NCBI GenBank assembly: GCA_951406725.2
Contig: OX597828.1
Coordinates: 74,462,001 to 74,526,000 of the forward strand
Length of the DNA stretch: 64,000 nt
Source of the DNA: Octopus vulgaris
Taxonomy: Eukaryota
Direction of reading: 5' to 3'
A program made the translations under genes and the position numbers. A model generated the notes under the pieces. That model saw nothing but the letters and a program-made list of their open reading frames with translations. It was not told where the DNA came from and did not search any database. Of this stretch, positions 63,837 through 64,000 are shown piece by piece. Positions within the stretch are counted from its first letter, which is position 1; each line of letters opens with the position of its first letter.

Positions 63837-64000
63837 AACGAAAGTAAACTGGACGAAGGATTGCAAATCCTTCGCTTAAACCTCATTGAGAACAACCGGA
63901 TTATATCAAAGGTTGCTGATATAATCCAAAAAATATTTTACATTATCCAAGCACCAAAACAACAATGAAGTGTTGTGTGGTAAGTAGCTTGCTTACCAAC

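Overview
Eukaryotic, AT-rich DNA whose SINEs and microsatellites point to an octopus/coleoid genome (an inference from repeat families). There are three zones. (1) 1-~3.6 kb holds the last two coding exons and 3' region of a DONSON homolog on the + strand, with MITEs and SINEs. (2) ~3.65-46.7 kb is a nearly gap-free mosaic of broken transposon and viral fragments: Naiad-type Penelope-like elements with hammerhead ribozymes, Gypsy, Merlin/IS1595-like, piggyBac, pogo-like DDE, LINE/Tx1, Helitron, Crypton-like and a parvoviral NS1 helicase fragment. About 20 of 23 recognisable coding fragments are on the - strand, antisense to DONSON read-through. They are interleaved with a Merlin-derived ~397-bp satellite and other tandem arrays, which is the architecture of a candidate flamenco-like uni-strand piRNA cluster. 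(3) ~46.7-64 kb is ordinary SINE/microsatellite-rich DNA. It includes three copies of a tRNA-headed, hammerhead-containing unit linked to a Penelope GIY-YIG remnant. No intact TE ORF is present. TE fragment boundaries were set by eye and are approximate, to within tens of bp.
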